The notes: generated by a model from the sequence alone, not told the origin. 64,000 bases of DNA from a bacterium (GCA_031441465.1 JANOEP010000008.1:1-64000); one strand, 5' to 3'. Shown: positions 1-12,212, counted from the stretch's first letter. Made by a program: numbers and translations.

Positions 1-1042
1 GCTGGAGGAATGCGACCTCGTCGCGCTGGTGGTCGATCCCCGCCAGGCCTTCGCCTCGGAGCAGAGCGACGTCGAAGCCTTCGTCGCGCGGGAGGCGCTG
101 CGCCTCGGCAAGAACCTGGCCGTGCTGCTGAACCTTCGCGCCGGCGACGCGCTGCCCGCCGACGTCCGCGGGTACTGCCTGGACGCGCTGCCCCGCGACA
201 CGGGCGTCCCGGTGCTGGAGATCGACCTCGCCGACGACGCGCGCGCCACGGAACTGGCGGAATTCCTGGCCGCCGCCGCCCCCGCCGCGGCGCGGGCCGT
301 CCCGCTGCTCCCCTTCCTGCGGGCCCGCGGCACGGCCCTGCTGCACATCCCGATGGACGAGGAGACGCCTTCGGGACGCCTGTTGCGCCCGCAGGAGATG
401 GCCATGGAGTTCCTGCTGCGCCGCGGCGTCCCGGTCGCGCTCTACCGCACCGACCTGCGCCGCGCGCGCCACGGCGAACCCACCGAGCGGGAGGCCGAGC
501 GCGCGCGCTTCATCGCCTTCCTGGACGCCTTGGCCGCCGCCGAGGGCGTCCAGCTCGTGCTGACCGACTCCCAGGCGGTCGACGTGATGGACGCCTGGGT
601 GCCGGCGGACGTCCCGCTGACGACGTTTTCTGTGATGATGATCCACGCGACCGCGGGCGGCGACCTCGACCTTTTCGCCCGCGGCGCCGCGGCGCTCGAC
701 GCGCTGCAGGCGGGCGACCGCGTGCTGATCGCCGAGGCCTGCAACCACGACCGCATCGCCGAGGACATCGGCACCGTCCAGCTGCCGCGCAAGCTGCTGG
801 AACGCGTGCCGGGCCTGGTGGTCGAGCACGCCTTCGGCCGCGAGTTCCCGGATCCGGACGAACTGCGGAAGTACGCCACGGTGATCCACTGCGGCGGCTG
901 CATGATCCACGAGCAGAAGCTGCGCGCGCGCGTGCTGCGGCTGGCCGCCGCCGGCATCCCGGTCACCAACTACGGCCTGGCGCTGGCTTGGTACGAGGGG
1001 CCGGCGGCGCTGCGGCGGGTGCTGGCGCCTTGGCGGGTCTGA
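1..1042 (+). CDS. hydF: [FeFe]-hydrogenase H-cluster maturation GTPase HydF-like protein (5'-truncated by window edge)
   Basis: C-terminal EACNHDRIAEDIGTVQLP...HCGGCM...TNYG matches the HydF CxH...HCGGC Fe-S motif; IPMDEETPSGRLLRPQ resembles the HydF middle domain; frame open from window start. Confidence 0.8.
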   Translation, partial: LEECDLVALVVDPRQAFASEQSDVEAFVAREALRLGKNLAVLLNLRAGDALPADVRGYCLDALPRDTGVPVLEIDLADDARATELAEFLAAAAPAAARAVPLLPFLRARGTALLHIPMDEETPSGRLLRPQEMAMEFLLRRGVPVALYRTDLRRARHGEPTEREAERARFIAFLDALAAAEGVQLVLTDSQAVDVMDAWVPADVPLTTFSVMMIHATAGGDLDLFARGAAALDALQAGDRVLIAEACNHDRIAEDIGTVQLPRKLLERVPGLVVEHAFGREFPDPDELRKYATVIHCGGCMIHEQKLRARVLRLAAAGIPVTNYGLALAWYEGPAALRRVLAPWRV

Positions 1043-1061
1043 GCGGCGTTCCCCGACGTGA

Positions 1062-2135
1062 TCACCGCAGCCGGTCCATCTCCTCGATCAGCACCCGCTC
1101 GAGGTCCGCCTTGTCGATGCTGCGGTGCAGCACCCCCTTGCGGTAGATCGCGACCTTGGTCTTCCCGGCCGCGATGCCCAGGTCGGCGGCCTTGGCCTCG
1201 CCCGGGCCGTTGACGATGCAGCCCATCACGGCGATCACCCGGTCCGGTGGCAGATCCTTGGCGAGTTCCTCGACGCGGCGCGCCAGCGCCACGACGTCGA
1301 CCTCGACGCGGCCGCAGGTCGGGCAGGCCACCACGCGCGCGAAGCCCTCGCGCAGGCCCAGGGCCTGCAGCATGTGGAAAGCGGCGGTGACTTCCTCGAC
1401 CGGGTCGGCCGCCAGCGAGATGCGCACCGTGTCGCCGATCCCCTCGGCCAGCAGCACGCTCATCGCGGTGACCGAGCGCGAAATGCCGGCCTGCAGCGTG
1501 CCGGCCTCGGTCACGCCCAGGTGCAGGGGCACGTCGCTCAGGCGCGAGAAGCGTCGGCAGGCCTCGATCACCTCGGGCGGATCGCTGCTCTTGAGCGAGA
1601 CGATGACGTCGTCGAAGCCGACACCCGCCAGCACCTCCAGCTCGTCCAGCGCTGACTGCACCATGGCGCCGGCGGGATCGCGCTTCGCCAACTCCTCGTA
1701 GCGGCGGTGCAGGCTGCCCTTGTTGACGCCGATGCGGATGGGGATGCCGCGGTCCTGCGCCGCGCGCGCCACCTCGCGCACCTTGTCGGAGGAGCCGATG
1801 TTGCCGGGATTGATGCGCAGCTTGGCGACGCCGGCCGCGATGGCCTTGAGCGCCAGCTCGTGCTGGAAGTGGATGTCGGCGACCAGGGGCACCGTCGAGC
1901 TGCGCACCAGGCGCGGGAGGGACTCCGCCGCGGCGGCGTCGTTCACCGTCACGCGCACGATCTCCGCGCCGGCGGTCGCCAGCTCGAGGATCTGCTGCAG
2001 GGTGGCGTCGTAGTCGCCGGTCTTGGTGGTCGTCATCGACTGCACGCGGACGGGCTCGCCGCCGCCGACGCCGACCGGACCGACCATGACTCGGCGGGTC
2101 GTGCGGCGCGGGGCGGTGGTGGGATAATCGCTCAT
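1062..2135 (-). CDS. ispG: 4-hydroxy-3-methylbut-2-en-1-yl diphosphate synthase IspG
   Basis: VQSMTTTKT, PLVADIHF, RINPGNIG, HLGVTEAG, CPTCGR and GCIVNGPGEA motifs. Confidence 0.97.
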   Translation of the reverse strand: MSDYPTTAPRRTTRRVMVGPVGVGGGEPVRVQSMTTTKTGDYDATLQQILELATAGAEIVRVTVNDAAAAESLPRLVRSSTVPLVADIHFQHELALKAIAAGVAKLRINPGNIGSSDKVREVARAAQDRGIPIRIGVNKGSLHRRYEELAKRDPAGAMVQSALDELEVLAGVGFDDVIVSLKSSDPPEVIEACRRFSRLSDVPLHLGVTEAGTLQAGISRSVTAMSVLLAEGIGDTVRISLAADPVEEVTAAFHMLQALGLREGFARVVACPTCGRVEVDVVALARRVEELAKDLPPDRVIAVMGCIVNGPGEAKAADLGIAAGKTKVAIYRKGVLHRSIDKADLERVLIEEMDRLR

Positions 2136-4027
2136 GCATCCTTCTTCAGGACAGGGCCGATGGTCCGCAGGTCCCCCACGCGGCGCGTGACGCCCGCGGC
2201 GTCGAGGTGCTCGAGCAGGGGGATGCCCAGCTTGCGGCTCAGGCCGGTCAGCTCGCGGAACGTGGCGAAGTTCAGGCTGCCCTCGGCGGCGAAGTGCGCC
2301 CGCAGGCGCGCGCGCAGATCGACCAGGGCGGCGGCGTGAACAGGATAATCGTCCGTCACCATCACGGCACGTCCGTGGGCCACGAGGTAGCGCAGGTGCT
2401 CTTCGAGGTCGTGGCCGGCGAGCAGTTTGTCAGTCAGGTCCGCGCCGATGGCGGCCGCTCCCGGCCAGTCCAGGCCACAAACCCGCAGGCGGGCTTCGAC
2501 GGTCTCGACGGCCCGCCGCAGTTCGTCCGGCAGCACGTCCGCCCCCGCCGGCCCGATGCGGTCGCCGGCGGAGCTCCAGCCGCGCGCGGCGGTCAGGGCC
2601 TCGATCAACGCATTCCATTCCGCCGGCGATCCCTCGAAATGCGCCTTGCGGCGCGCTTCCTCCTTGCCGACGCCCCCGCGCAGGGGGTTCTGACGCCAGG
2701 CTTCCCCGGCCAAGACCGCCACCCGGTCGGCGATCTCCTCCACCATGGCGCGGTCGTAGAGCCGTTTGCCCAGCGGCAGCGCCGCGGGGTCGGCGGCGAA
2801 GGCCGCGTGCTCCGCGGACGGCAGGCCGGCGGTGCCGGCCGCGCGCAACTTCTGCCGGAACAGCTCCACCGGGTCGCCCTGTTCCAGGATCGCGAGTTCG
2901 GCCAGGGTCTTCTCGTCGAAGCGGCGGCGGCGCGGCGGATCGCCGTGCAGGATGCGGCCGCCGGCCATCGTGTCCAGCGGCGAGTAGAAGCGCAGCACCA
3001 GGCGGTCGCCGCGGCGGACGACCAGCGGCGCCTCCAGATGGAGCTGGACCAGCCCGCTGACGCAACCGGTCTCATGGGACAGCAGCTCCACGTCGAGCAG
3101 CGTCGCGCGGGCCAGCACCTCGCGCCCGGCATGGTGCACGTGCAGCCGCTGGCGGTTCTTCAGCTCGCCGCCGAAGTGCGCCACCAGATCGACGCGCGCG
3201 TCCAGCCGCAGCGTGGTGGTGCAGGCGCCGGGTGCGACCACCTGGAAGCCGCGCTCCAACTCGTCCTTCTTGACGCCGTGCAGGGCCAGGGCCAGGCGCT
3301 GGCCCGAACCGCCACTCGCGACCGCACAGCCGTGGGCCTGCACGTCGCGCACGCGGACCTTGGCGCCGGTCGGCGCCAGTTCCAGCTGGTCGCCCACCGC
3401 GGTCACGCCGCTCCAGCAGGTGCCGGTCACCACGACTCCGGCCCCGGGCATGGTGAAGACCCGGTCCACCGGCAGGCGGAAAGGGCCGTCGCCGCCGCGG
3501 TCCGGCAGCGCGGCCGCCTCGGCGACGAGCGCGGCGCGCAGGTCGTCCAGGCCCTCGCCGGTCCGTGCGGAAACCAGCACCGCCGGCCGATCCTCCAGGA
3601 ACGTGCCGCGCGCGAGGTCGCGCACCTCCTCGAGGGCGACCTCGGCGAGGTCGCGGTCGACCAGGTCGAGCTTGGTGATCACGATGATGCCGCCGCGCAC
3701 GCCGAGCGCGGACAGGATCTCGAGGTGCTCCACGGTCTGCGGCATGACGCCCTCGTCGGCGGCCACCACCAGCAGCGCCAGATCGACGCCCCCCGCCCCG
3801 GCGACCATCTGCCGCACGAAGCGCTCGTGGCCCGGCACGTCGACGATGCCCAGGGACGTGCCGTCCGCCAGGGTCATCTCCGCGAAGCCCAGCTCGATGC
3901 TGATGCCGCGCTCCTGCTCCTCCTTGAGCCGGTCCGTCTCGATTCCGGTCAGCGCCTTGATCAGCGCCGACTTGCCGTGGTCGACGTGGCCGGCGGTGCC
4001 GAGGATGAAGCGTCGCTCCCCGCTCAT
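2132..4027 (-). CDS. selB: Selenocysteine-specific elongation factor SelB
   Basis: Within ORF 2132..5092; true start [20 protein letters not shown] overlaps the murA stop; [30 protein letters not shown]-terminal winged-helix [15 protein letters not shown]. Confidence 0.93.
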   Translation of the reverse strand: MSGERRFILGTAGHVDHGKSALIKALTGIETDRLKEEQERGISIELGFAEMTLADGTSLGIVDVPGHERFVRQMVAGAGGVDLALLVVAADEGVMPQTVEHLEILSALGVRGGIIVITKLDLVDRDLAEVALEEVRDLARGTFLEDRPAVLVSARTGEGLDDLRAALVAEAAALPDRGGDGPFRLPVDRVFTMPGAGVVVTGTCWSGVTAVGDQLELAPTGAKVRVRDVQAHGCAVASGGSGQRLALALHGVKKDELERGFQVVAPGACTTTLRLDARVDLVAHFGGELKNRQRLHVHHAGREVLARATLLDVELLSHETGCVSGLVQLHLEAPLVVRRGDRLVLRFYSPLDTMAGGRILHGDPPRRRRFDEKTLAELAILEQGDPVELFRQKLRAAGTAGLPSAEHAAFAADPAALPLGKRLYDRAMVEEIADRVAVLAGEAWRQNPLRGGVGKEEARRKAHFEGSPAEWNALIEALTAARGWSSAGDRIGPAGADVLPDELRRAVETVEARLRVCGLDWPGAAAIGADLTDKLLAGHDLEEHLRYLVAHGRAVMVTDDYPVHAAALVDLRARLRAHFAAEGSLNFATFRELTGLSRKLGIPLLEHLDAAGVTRRVGDLRTIGPVLKKDA

Positions 4028-5280
4028 GCGTCCTGCCGCCGTATCTTCCCGCCCAAAGCCGCGAACTTCGTCTCGATCCGCTCGTAGCCGCGATCGATGT
4101 GGTAGATGCGGTCCACGGTGGTGGTCCCCGCGGCGGCCAGGCCCGCCATGATCAGCGCCGCCGAGGCGCGCAGGTCGGTGGCCATCACCGGCGCCCCCGA
4201 CAATCCGGGCACGCCGAAGATCGTGGCCGTCGCGCCGTCGAGCCTGATGTCGGCGCCGAGCCGGCGCAGCTCGGCGGTGTGCGTGTAGCGGTCCGGATAG
4301 ATCGTCTCGCTGATGTGGCTGGTGCCGTCGGCCCGCGTCAGCACCGCCATGAACTGCGCCTGCATGTCGGTCGGAAAGCCGGGGAACGGACGCGTGACGA
4401 TCTCCACCGACCGCGGACGCTCGGGCGCCGCGACATGCATGGAGTCGGCCGTCTCCTCGACGCGGCAACCCATGCTGCGCAGCACCGCCATCGGCTCGCC
4501 CAGATGATCCGGCCGGCAGTCCACGACCGTGACCTCGCCCCCGGTCATCGCGGCCGCGGCCAAGAAGGTGCCGGCCTCGATGCGGTCCGGGATCACGCGG
4601 CAGCGCAGCGGGTCGAGCGCGGCGACGCCGTGGACCGTCAGCATGGTGGTGCCGCCGCCTTCGATGCGGGCGCCGGCCCCGATCAGGGCGTCGACGAGCT
4701 GCGTGACCTCGGGCTCCACCGCGCAGTTGGCCAGCACGCTTTCGCCCTCGGCCAGCACCGCCGCCATCAGCACGTTGCAGGTGGCGCCCACGCTGCTGGG
4801 TTCGAAGCGGAAATTGCCGCCGCGCAGGCCGCGGGGCGCGCGGGCGTTGATGTAGCCGCCCTCGAGGTCGGTCTCGGCGCCCAGCGCGCGCAGGCCCTCC
4901 AGGTGCAGGTTGACCGGCCGCGGCCCCCACGCGCAGCCGCCCGGCAGCGAGACCCGCGCCTCGCCGCGGAAAGCGCAGAGCGGCCCGAGCACGTACACGC
5001 TCGCGCGCATCGTCTTGACCAGATCGTACGGGGCCTCGATGCCCGTGGCTTCGGCGGTGTCCAGCCGCAGCACCCCCTCGGTCAGGTCGCACTTCACGCC
5101 CAGGATCGTCAGCAGGCGCATGAACGTGCGCACGTCGCGCAGGTCCGGCACGTTGCGGATGACCGACTCGCCGCGGGTCAGCAGCGCGGCGGCCATCAGC
5201 GGCAGCACGGCGTTCTTCGCGCCGCTGCAGCGCACCTCGCCCGTCAGGCGGACGGGTCCCTCGATCACGAAGCGGTCCAT
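4024..5280 (-). CDS. murA: UDP-N-acetylglucosamine 1-carboxyvinyltransferase
   Basis: [31 protein letters not shown] (active Cys), [24 protein letters not shown]. Confidence 0.97.
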   Translation of the reverse strand: MDRFVIEGPVRLTGEVRCSGAKNAVLPLMAAALLTRGESVIRNVPDLRDVRTFMRLLTILGVKCDLTEGVLRLDTAEATGIEAPYDLVKTMRASVYVLGPLCAFRGEARVSLPGGCAWGPRPVNLHLEGLRALGAETDLEGGYINARAPRGLRGGNFRFEPSSVGATCNVLMAAVLAEGESVLANCAVEPEVTQLVDALIGAGARIEGGGTTMLTVHGVAALDPLRCRVIPDRIEAGTFLAAAAMTGGEVTVVDCRPDHLGEPMAVLRSMGCRVEETADSMHVAAPERPRSVEIVTRPFPGFPTDMQAQFMAVLTRADGTSHISETIYPDRYTHTAELRRLGADIRLDGATATIFGVPGLSGAPVMATDLRASAALIMAGLAAAGTTTVDRIYHIDRGYERIETKFAALGGKIRRQDA

Positions 5281-5330
5281 GTCGCGCTCCTCACAGCCGC
5301 GGGCGCGGCCCGCGGCTCGCTCAGCCTCCG

Positions 5331-6209
5331 TTACAACCGACCGGTCACGACCCGATCACGGTCGCAGTAGTCGCGCTTCACGATCAACGACGAAAACCCG
5401 GCGTCCCGCAGCAACCCCGTCACGTCCGCCGCCTGGTCCTCGCCGATCTCCAGGGCGATCCATCCCCCCGGCATCAGCCACGCCGGCGCCTCCTGCGCGA
5501 TCTCGCGGTAGGCGCTCAGCCCGTCGGGACCGCCGTCCAGCGCCGCGACCGGATCGTGCTCGGCCACCTCGATCGGCAGGCCGGCCAGATCGCCGCGGCG
5601 CACGTAGGGCGGGTTGCTGACCAGCAGGTGGGCGTGGCCGCGCAGCTGCGGCGGGAAGGGTTCGCACCCGGCCCCCTCGTGCACGTCGACCCGTGCGGCC
5701 ACGCCCAGCCGGCGCGCGTTGGCGAGGGTCAGGGCCGCCGCCCGCGGGTTGACGTCCGAGGCGTGGACGCGCAGTCGCGGGATCTCCATCGCGAGCGAAC
5801 AGGCCACCACGCCGGTGCCGCAGCCGATCTCCAGCGCCAGCGGCGACAGCCAGCTGCTCGCGCCCCCGGTCAGCAGCTGCACGGCGGCTTCGACCAGGCG
5901 CTCGGTTTCCGGACGCGGGATGAACACGCCCGGCTCCACCCGGAAGGGGCGACCGTAGAACTCCGTCTCCCCCAGCAGCGTCTGCAGCGGCACGCCCGCG
6001 GCGCGCTGCCGCACCAGATCGCGGTAGCGGTCGATCTCGTCGGCGGTCAGGAGCCGGTCGTGATTGAGGTAGAGGTCGAGGCGCGCGAGGCCCAGGACGT
6101 GGCCCAGCAGGCGCTCGGCGTTCAGACGCGCCGAATCGAGGCCGCGCTTCTCGAAAAAGGCGGTGGTCGCCTGGCTGAGTTCGCGCACGCTCTTGAGGGC
6201 CTCGGCCAC
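5331..6209 (-). CDS. prmC: Release factor glutamine methyltransferase PrmC/HemK
   Basis: VFIPRPETE, EIGCGTG, SNPPY, ALDGGPDGL; follows prfA. Confidence 0.95.
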   Translation of the reverse strand: MAEALKSVRELSQATTAFFEKRGLDSARLNAERLLGHVLGLARLDLYLNHDRLLTADEIDRYRDLVRQRAAGVPLQTLLGETEFYGRPFRVEPGVFIPRPETERLVEAAVQLLTGGASSWLSPLALEIGCGTGVVACSLAMEIPRLRVHASDVNPRAAALTLANARRLGVAARVDVHEGAGCEPFPPQLRGHAHLLVSNPPYVRRGDLAGLPIEVAEHDPVAALDGGPDGLSAYREIAQEAPAWLMPGGWIALEIGEDQAADVTGLLRDAGFSSLIVKRDYCDRDRVVTGRL

Positions 6210-6242
6210 GTGTGTCTCCGTGTTCGGGGGCGCCGGCCGCGC

Positions 6243-7322
<1,080 letters not shown>

Positions 7323-7323
7323 C

Positions 7324-8307
7324 TCACGCCTCCACCGGGACGCCCGCCGGCGCGTCGTAGGTCCGCGTCCGGAAGTCCTCGGGCTCGGGTTCGAGCACCG
7401 CCCGCAGGGCGGCCAGGCCCACCTCGAGCTGGGAGTCGTCGGGGCGGCTGGTGGTGATCTTCTGCAGCATGAGCCCCGGCCAGATCAGGGGCCGCACGAA
7501 CCAGGCGTTGCGGAACCGGCCGGACAGCTTGATCGCCTCGTAGGCCAGGCCGCCGATCACCGGCACGAAGGCCAGGCGCAGCAGCCGCTGGCCCACGTCG
7601 TCGGGGCGGCCCAGGAAGCTGAACACGACCACCGAGATCAGCATCACGAAGAACAGGAAGCTCGTGCCGCAGCGGGGGTGCAGGGTCGTGAAGGGGCGCG
7701 TCTGGTCGACCGTGAGGTCGCGCTTCGCCTCGAAGGCGTGGATCGACATGTGCTCGGCGCCGTGGTACTCGAAGACGCGCGCCATGTCCTTCATGCGCGA
7801 GATGAGCATCAGGTAGGCCACGAACATCACGATGCGGATCACGCCGTCGATCAGGTTGAAGCCGAAGCCGTCGCGCACGCCGGTCAGGTCGGTCAGCAAC
7901 AGCGGCAGGTAGAAGAACAGGCCCAGGCTCAGGATGAAGGCCACGACGATCGTGCCCCACATCAGCGCCGTGTCCTTGAAGCCCTTCTTCGTCTCGACGC
8001 GCTCCTCGGTCATGGCCTGGTCGGCCGAGAACATCAGGGCGCCGATGCCCAGCCCCATCGACTCGATCAGGTGGATGCCGCCGCGCAGCACCGGGACGTT
8101 CAGGAAGCGCCAGCGCCGGAACACGCTGCGGAAGGGCTGCTTGCGCACCACGATCCTGCCGTCGGGCGTGCGCACGGCCGTGGCGATGGCCGTCGGCGAG
8201 CGCATCATCACGCCTTCGATCACGGCCTGGCCGCCGACGGCCAGGTCCAGTTCGCGGGGGTCGCAGGCGCGGGGCGTCTCGCCCCCGGCGGCCGGTTGTC
8301 CGTTCAT
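7324..8307 (-). CDS. DUF1385 family membrane protein
   Basis: [27 protein letters not shown]; usual position between rpmE and prfA. Confidence 0.9.
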   Translation of the reverse strand: MNGQPAAGGETPRACDPRELDLAVGGQAVIEGVMMRSPTAIATAVRTPDGRIVVRKQPFRSVFRRWRFLNVPVLRGGIHLIESMGLGIGALMFSADQAMTEERVETKKGFKDTALMWGTIVVAFILSLGLFFYLPLLLTDLTGVRDGFGFNLIDGVIRIVMFVAYLMLISRMKDMARVFEYHGAEHMSIHAFEAKRDLTVDQTRPFTTLHPRCGTSFLFFVMLISVVVFSFLGRPDDVGQRLLRLAFVPVIGGLAYEAIKLSGRFRNAWFVRPLIWPGLMLQKITTSRPDDSQLEVGLAALRAVLEPEPEDFRTRTYDAPAGVPVEA

Positions 8308-8383
8308 CTGGCTTCATCCTCGCATGGCTGCTGGTGACCGCCCCGCCGGTCGGGCGGGGGGTGCCCCCCGCCGGGGGCTACCA

Positions 8384-8422
8384 CAAAGAACGAGGGTGCC
8401 GGCCCGTTCGCCAGCACCCTCG
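8384..8422 (-). terminator. Putative intrinsic terminator downstream of rpmE
   Basis: 9-bp stem CGAGGGTGC/GCACCCTCG (8391-8422) followed on the minus strand by TTCTTTG. Confidence 0.45.
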
Positions 8423-8499
8423 CGGAATTCTCCCGGGCGACGTCCCCGGGGCCCGTCTTTCCGGGCGTCCGGCGCGGCGGCTGGAGCCGCGGCGCGCCG

Positions 8500-8718
8500 C
8501 TAGTTCTGCTTGTCGCCGTAGACGCCCTGGTACCGCTTCTTGAAGCGCTCGATGCGTCCGGCGGTGTCGACGATCTTCTGCTGGCCGGTGAAGAACGGGT
8601 GGCAGTTGGAGCAGATCTCCACGTTGATCTTCGGCAACGTCGAGCGGGTGTGGACCACGTTGCCGCACAGGCAACTGACCTCGCACTCGATGTACTTGGG
8701 ATGGATGTCCTTCTTCAT
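8500..8718 (-). CDS. rpmE: 50S ribosomal protein L31 (Zn-binding type)
   Basis: [32 protein letters not shown]. Confidence 0.97.
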   Translation of the reverse strand: MKKDIHPKYIECEVSCLCGNVVHTRSTLPKINVEICSNCHPFFTGQQKIVDTAGRIERFKKRYQGVYGDKQN

Positions 8719-8874
8719 GGCACTCACCTTCGCATCCGGTAGTCGCGGCCTCGGGAAGCCACATCATTAACTCCGGGACCCCGAAAGGGCAAATTTTTTG
8801 TCCGGCTTCCGCGCCGGGCGGGCGGGCGGGCGGCGGCGGCCGCCCTCAGCCGCAACGCGCTGTCGACAATCGCG

Positions 8875-10122
8875 TTAGGTGTTCATCGCCGCCAGGAACT
8901 GCTCGTTCGTCTTGGTCTTGCTGAGCTTGTCGATCATGAACTCCATGGCCTCGTGCGGGCTGTAGTCGCTGAGGTACTTGCGCAGCACCCAGATCTTGTT
9001 GAGGTCCTTGCGGTCGATCAGCAGGTCCTCCTTGCGGGTGCCGGACTTGAAGATGTCCACGGCCGGGTAGACGCGCTTCTCCGAGATCTTGCGGTCCAGG
9101 ACCAGCTCCATGTTGCCGGTGCCCTTGAACTCCTCGAAGATGACCTCGTCCATGCGCGAGCCCGTCTCGATCAGGGCGGTGGCGATGATCGTCAGCGAGC
9201 CGCCCTCCTCGATGTTGCGCGCCGCGCCGAAGAAGCGCTTGGGCTTCTGCAGGGCGTTGGAGTCGACGCCGCCGGACAGGATCTTGCCGGAGTGCGGCAC
9301 CACGGTGTTGTGGGCGCGGGCGAGGCGGGTGATCGAGTCCAGCAGGATCACCACGTCGCGGCCGTGCTCGACCAGGCGGCGGGCCTTGGCCAGCACCATG
9401 CTGGCGACCTGCACGTGGCGCTCGGCGGGCTCGTCGAAGGTCGAGCTGACGACCTCGCCCTTGACCGAGCGGGCCATGTCGGTGACTTCCTCGGGCCGCT
9501 CGTCGATCAGCAGCACGATCAGCACGACCTTGGGATTGTTCTCGCTGATCGCGTTGGCGATCTTCTGCAGGATGATGGTCTTGCCGGCGCGCGGCGGCGA
9601 GACGATCAACCCGCGCTGGCCCTTGCCGATCGGCGCCATGAGGTTGATCAGGCGCGTCGTGATGTCCCCGTTGGCGCACTCGAGGTTGAGCATCTCCTCG
9701 GGATAGAGCGGGGTGAGGTTGTCGAAGAGCGTCATGTTCTTCGCCTTCTCGGGGTCCTCGTAGTTGACGGACTCCACCTTGAGAAGCGCGAAGTAGCGCT
9801 CGTTGTCCTTGGGCGGACGCACCTGGCCCGAAACCGTGTCGCCGGTCTTCAGGTCGAATTTCTTGATCTGCGAGGGCGACAGGTAGATGTCGTCGGGACC
9901 GGGAAGGTAGTTGTACTTGGCGGAGCGCAGGAATCCGTACCCCTCCTGCAGGACCTGGAGCACCCCCTCGGCGTAGATCAGACCGTTCTTCTCGGTCTGC
10001 CCCTCGAGGATCTTGAAGATCAGCTCGGACTTGCGCAGGGTGCTCAACCCCTCGATGTTCAGTCCCTTCGCGATCTCCACCAGTTCGGTGATGTTCTTGT
10101 CCTGCAGTTCCTTGATGTCCAT
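8875..10122 (-). CDS. rho: Transcription termination factor Rho (full length)
   Basis: Start [10 protein letters not shown]-terminal helical domain, GYGFLR and [12 protein letters not shown]-binding motifs, PPRAGKT P-loop, [19 protein letters not shown]. Confidence 0.97.
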   Translation of the reverse strand: MDIKELQDKNITELVEIAKGLNIEGLSTLRKSELIFKILEGQTEKNGLIYAEGVLQVLQEGYGFLRSAKYNYLPGPDDIYLSPSQIKKFDLKTGDTVSGQVRPPKDNERYFALLKVESVNYEDPEKAKNMTLFDNLTPLYPEEMLNLECANGDITTRLINLMAPIGKGQRGLIVSPPRAGKTIILQKIANAISENNPKVVLIVLLIDERPEEVTDMARSVKGEVVSSTFDEPAERHVQVASMVLAKARRLVEHGRDVVILLDSITRLARAHNTVVPHSGKILSGGVDSNALQKPKRFFGAARNIEEGGSLTIIATALIETGSRMDEVIFEEFKGTGNMELVLDRKISEKRVYPAVDIFKSGTRKEDLLIDRKDLNKIWVLRKYLSDYSPHEAMEFMIDKLSKTKTNEQFLAAMNT

Positions 10123-10284
10123 TTCGCTCCCGTGGCCGTGGCCGGCCGGGCCTGGGTCGGTGGGTGTTCTTCCCCGTGGAGGTTCTATCGGCAAGGCCGC
10201 GCTGGGCGCTTTCGCGGCGTTTCGGACAGGTTGTTGCCGGGTTCTGGATATCGCGTGCGGGTTCCGGAGCGGCCATCACGATAT

Positions 10285-10300
10285 TGCAAGCGCCGTGCCT
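10285..10300 (-). promoter_or_regulatory. sigma54 (-24/-12)-type promoter motif upstream of rho
   Basis: Minus strand AGGCACGGCGCTTGCA: GG-N10-GC, close to consensus TGGCAC-N5-TTGCW. Confidence 0.55.
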
Positions 10301-10342
10301 TGTCCAGGCCGGGGCTTCGGGAGCCCCGGCGCCTGCCGGCGG

Positions 10343-11530
10343 TCAGCCTTTTCCCGACAGCCTGTTGAAGGTTGCCATGTATTCATCCATCTGCTGCTCG
10401 TGACCCAGCCGCTGGTGGCAAAGAGCCAGGTAGAAGAAGCCGTTCTCGCTTTCGAAGTACTGGCCGACCAGGGTTTCGCCGGTGCTGACACCCTTTTCGT
10501 ACTGCTCCCGGGCCTGCTGCTGCAGGTCGGCCTTGCGCGCCGGGTCGGGCTCGGCCTCGGCGGACGCCGCCAACTCCTCGCCGAATTTGAAATGGATCAG
10601 CAGCTTCTGGAGCAGGGTCGCTTCCTCCGGCACCGGCTCCAGGAACAGGGCCCGCTCGTAGAGAGCCAGCGCGTCCTTGTAGCGGAGCACTTCGCCGTAG
10701 AAGGCGCCGGCCTGGAGGGAGAGGTAGTAGGTGTCCTCGTCGTTGGCGATGTCCTCGTCGGTTTCGTAGATGCCGATGACGCGGACCAGGAGGTCCGCGG
10801 CCCGCTCGTACTGCTTCTGATCCTTCGACAGGTTGGCGATGTCGATCAGCAGCGGCGCGTCGTTCGGGTGGTCGGTCAGCAGCTGGTCGTAGATCGCGAC
10901 GGCCTCGGCCTTGCGGCCGAGCCGGCCCAGCACGTTGGCCTTGTCCGAGAGCAGCTCGTAGGCGCCGGGGTTCGCGGCCAACACCCGGTCGAGCAGGTCG
11001 AGGGCCTCGACGTAGAGTTCCTGATTCTCGCTGGATTCAGACGCGAGCTGGATCTTCATGCGGGCCAGGTTCTTGATCGGGGCGACGGAGTCGGGCAGGC
11101 ACGCGTAGGCGAGGCGGAACTGGCCTTCGGCGGCTTCGTAGTACTGGCCCTGGTACTCGTTCTTGGCGTCGTTGTTGCGCTGCACGTAGCTGAACAGCAG
11201 AGACGTCTGAACCTGTTCGGCCAGGGACGGGTCCACGGCCTTCGCCTTCTGGTAGTAGTCGTAGGCTGTGGTGTAGTTGAGCTTGGCCGCGAGGAAGTCG
11301 TTGTCGCGCACGTTCACATTGGCCAGCTCGGTGTGCGCCTCGCCGAGGTAGAAGAAGGCGTCGGCCTCGTCGGGGCTGTACTCCAGGCCCTCGTGGAGCA
11401 CGTCGATCGCCTTGCTGTACATCTGCTGGTCGATGTAGAGGATGGCGCTGGTCACGTGCGCGGATCGGCATCCGGACAGGGCGAACAACAGCACCAGGCC
11501 GGCGGACACGAGGATGCGCTTCGACGTCAT
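10343..11530 (-). CDS. TPR-repeat lipoprotein
   Basis: Signal peptide with lipobox LSGC; repeated TPR-like helices (AFFYLGEAH, KANVLGRLG, FFYLALCH). Confidence 0.75.
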   Translation of the reverse strand: MTSKRILVSAGLVLLFALSGCRSAHVTSAILYIDQQMYSKAIDVLHEGLEYSPDEADAFFYLGEAHTELANVNVRDNDFLAAKLNYTTAYDYYQKAKAVDPSLAEQVQTSLLFSYVQRNNDAKNEYQGQYYEAAEGQFRLAYACLPDSVAPIKNLARMKIQLASESSENQELYVEALDLLDRVLAANPGAYELLSDKANVLGRLGRKAEAVAIYDQLLTDHPNDAPLLIDIANLSKDQKQYERAADLLVRVIGIYETDEDIANDEDTYYLSLQAGAFYGEVLRYKDALALYERALFLEPVPEEATLLQKLLIHFKFGEELAASAEAEPDPARKADLQQQAREQYEKGVSTGETLVGQYFESENGFFYLALCHQRLGHEQQMDEYMATFNRLSGKG

Positions 11531-11729
11531 TCGGATTCCCCCTGAGGACACGCACACGGCAGCCGGCCAGTTCTAGGATCGGAATCTGCCGGGGTGGGGA
11601 CGTGGCACCGGTTTCGGCCGGACACGGAGACGGGCCGCATGAAGACCGGGCGCCGCGGAAAGCAATGAGCAACAAGAATTAAATGCCGCCGCCGGGTCCC
11701 TGTCAAGAGGAGACGGCGGGAACGGCTCT

Positions 11730-12212
11730 TCAGTGGGGTGGGCGCTGGCCGCGCTCCCAGGGCATCAACCGCAGGAACTCGCGGCGCTCCTCGACCGTCA
11801 TGCCGCCGAGATCCTCGACGAGCGCCTCGGCGACCGTCGAGTCGAGCCGGGCCTGGGCGGCCGTCATGGCCCGCACCAGCGGCAGGATCGCGGCGCGGTC
11901 CAGGTCGGGGCTGTTCAGGGCTTCACGCAGGGCCAGCCGGGCGGTTTCGACCTCGTCCCGCAGGCCGCCGACACGGGGTTGCATCCGCTCGCGCAGCTTC
12001 AGCAGCCGGCCGTGGCGCTCGGGGTCGAAACGACGGTCCTGGCGCGGTCCGTGCCCGTCGCCCCGCATTTCCCCGCCGGGACCGCCCTCGTCGCGGAAAC
12101 GGCAGGCTGCGACCGCGTCCGAGGCGTCGTCGTGCACCCGGCGCAGCGCCAGGCCGAGCCCCACGTTCAGGCCCAGGGAAACCAGCAGCAGCAGGAGCAG
12201 CAGGCGCTTCAT
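11730..12212 (-). CDS. Periplasmic heavy-metal-sensor / Spy-CpxP-like protein
   Basis: Start MKRLLLLLLLVSLGLNVG; helical region ending MTVEERREF (LTxxQ-like); overlaps the anti-sigma stop. Confidence 0.7.
   Translation of the reverse strand: MKRLLLLLLLVSLGLNVGLGLALRRVHDDASDAVAACRFRDEGGPGGEMRGDGHGPRQDRRFDPERHGRLLKLRERMQPRVGGLRDEVETARLALREALNSPDLDRAAILPLVRAMTAAQARLDSTVAEALVEDLGGMTVEERREFLRLMPWERGQRPPH

Noticed and set aside
4028..5092. Apparent long N-terminal extension of SelB in the ORF track
   Set aside because: Off-frame read-through of murA; SelB begins at [13 protein letters not shown]. The same artefact affects ORFs 37692..41297, 45368..48775, 24625..25932 and 51928..53895.
8400..8413. 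CGGCCCGTTCGCCA, similar to the hairpin-B arm of the structured repeat
   Set aside because: Only 14 nt, forms the loop of a terminator-like hairpin, and none of the remaining architecture is present.
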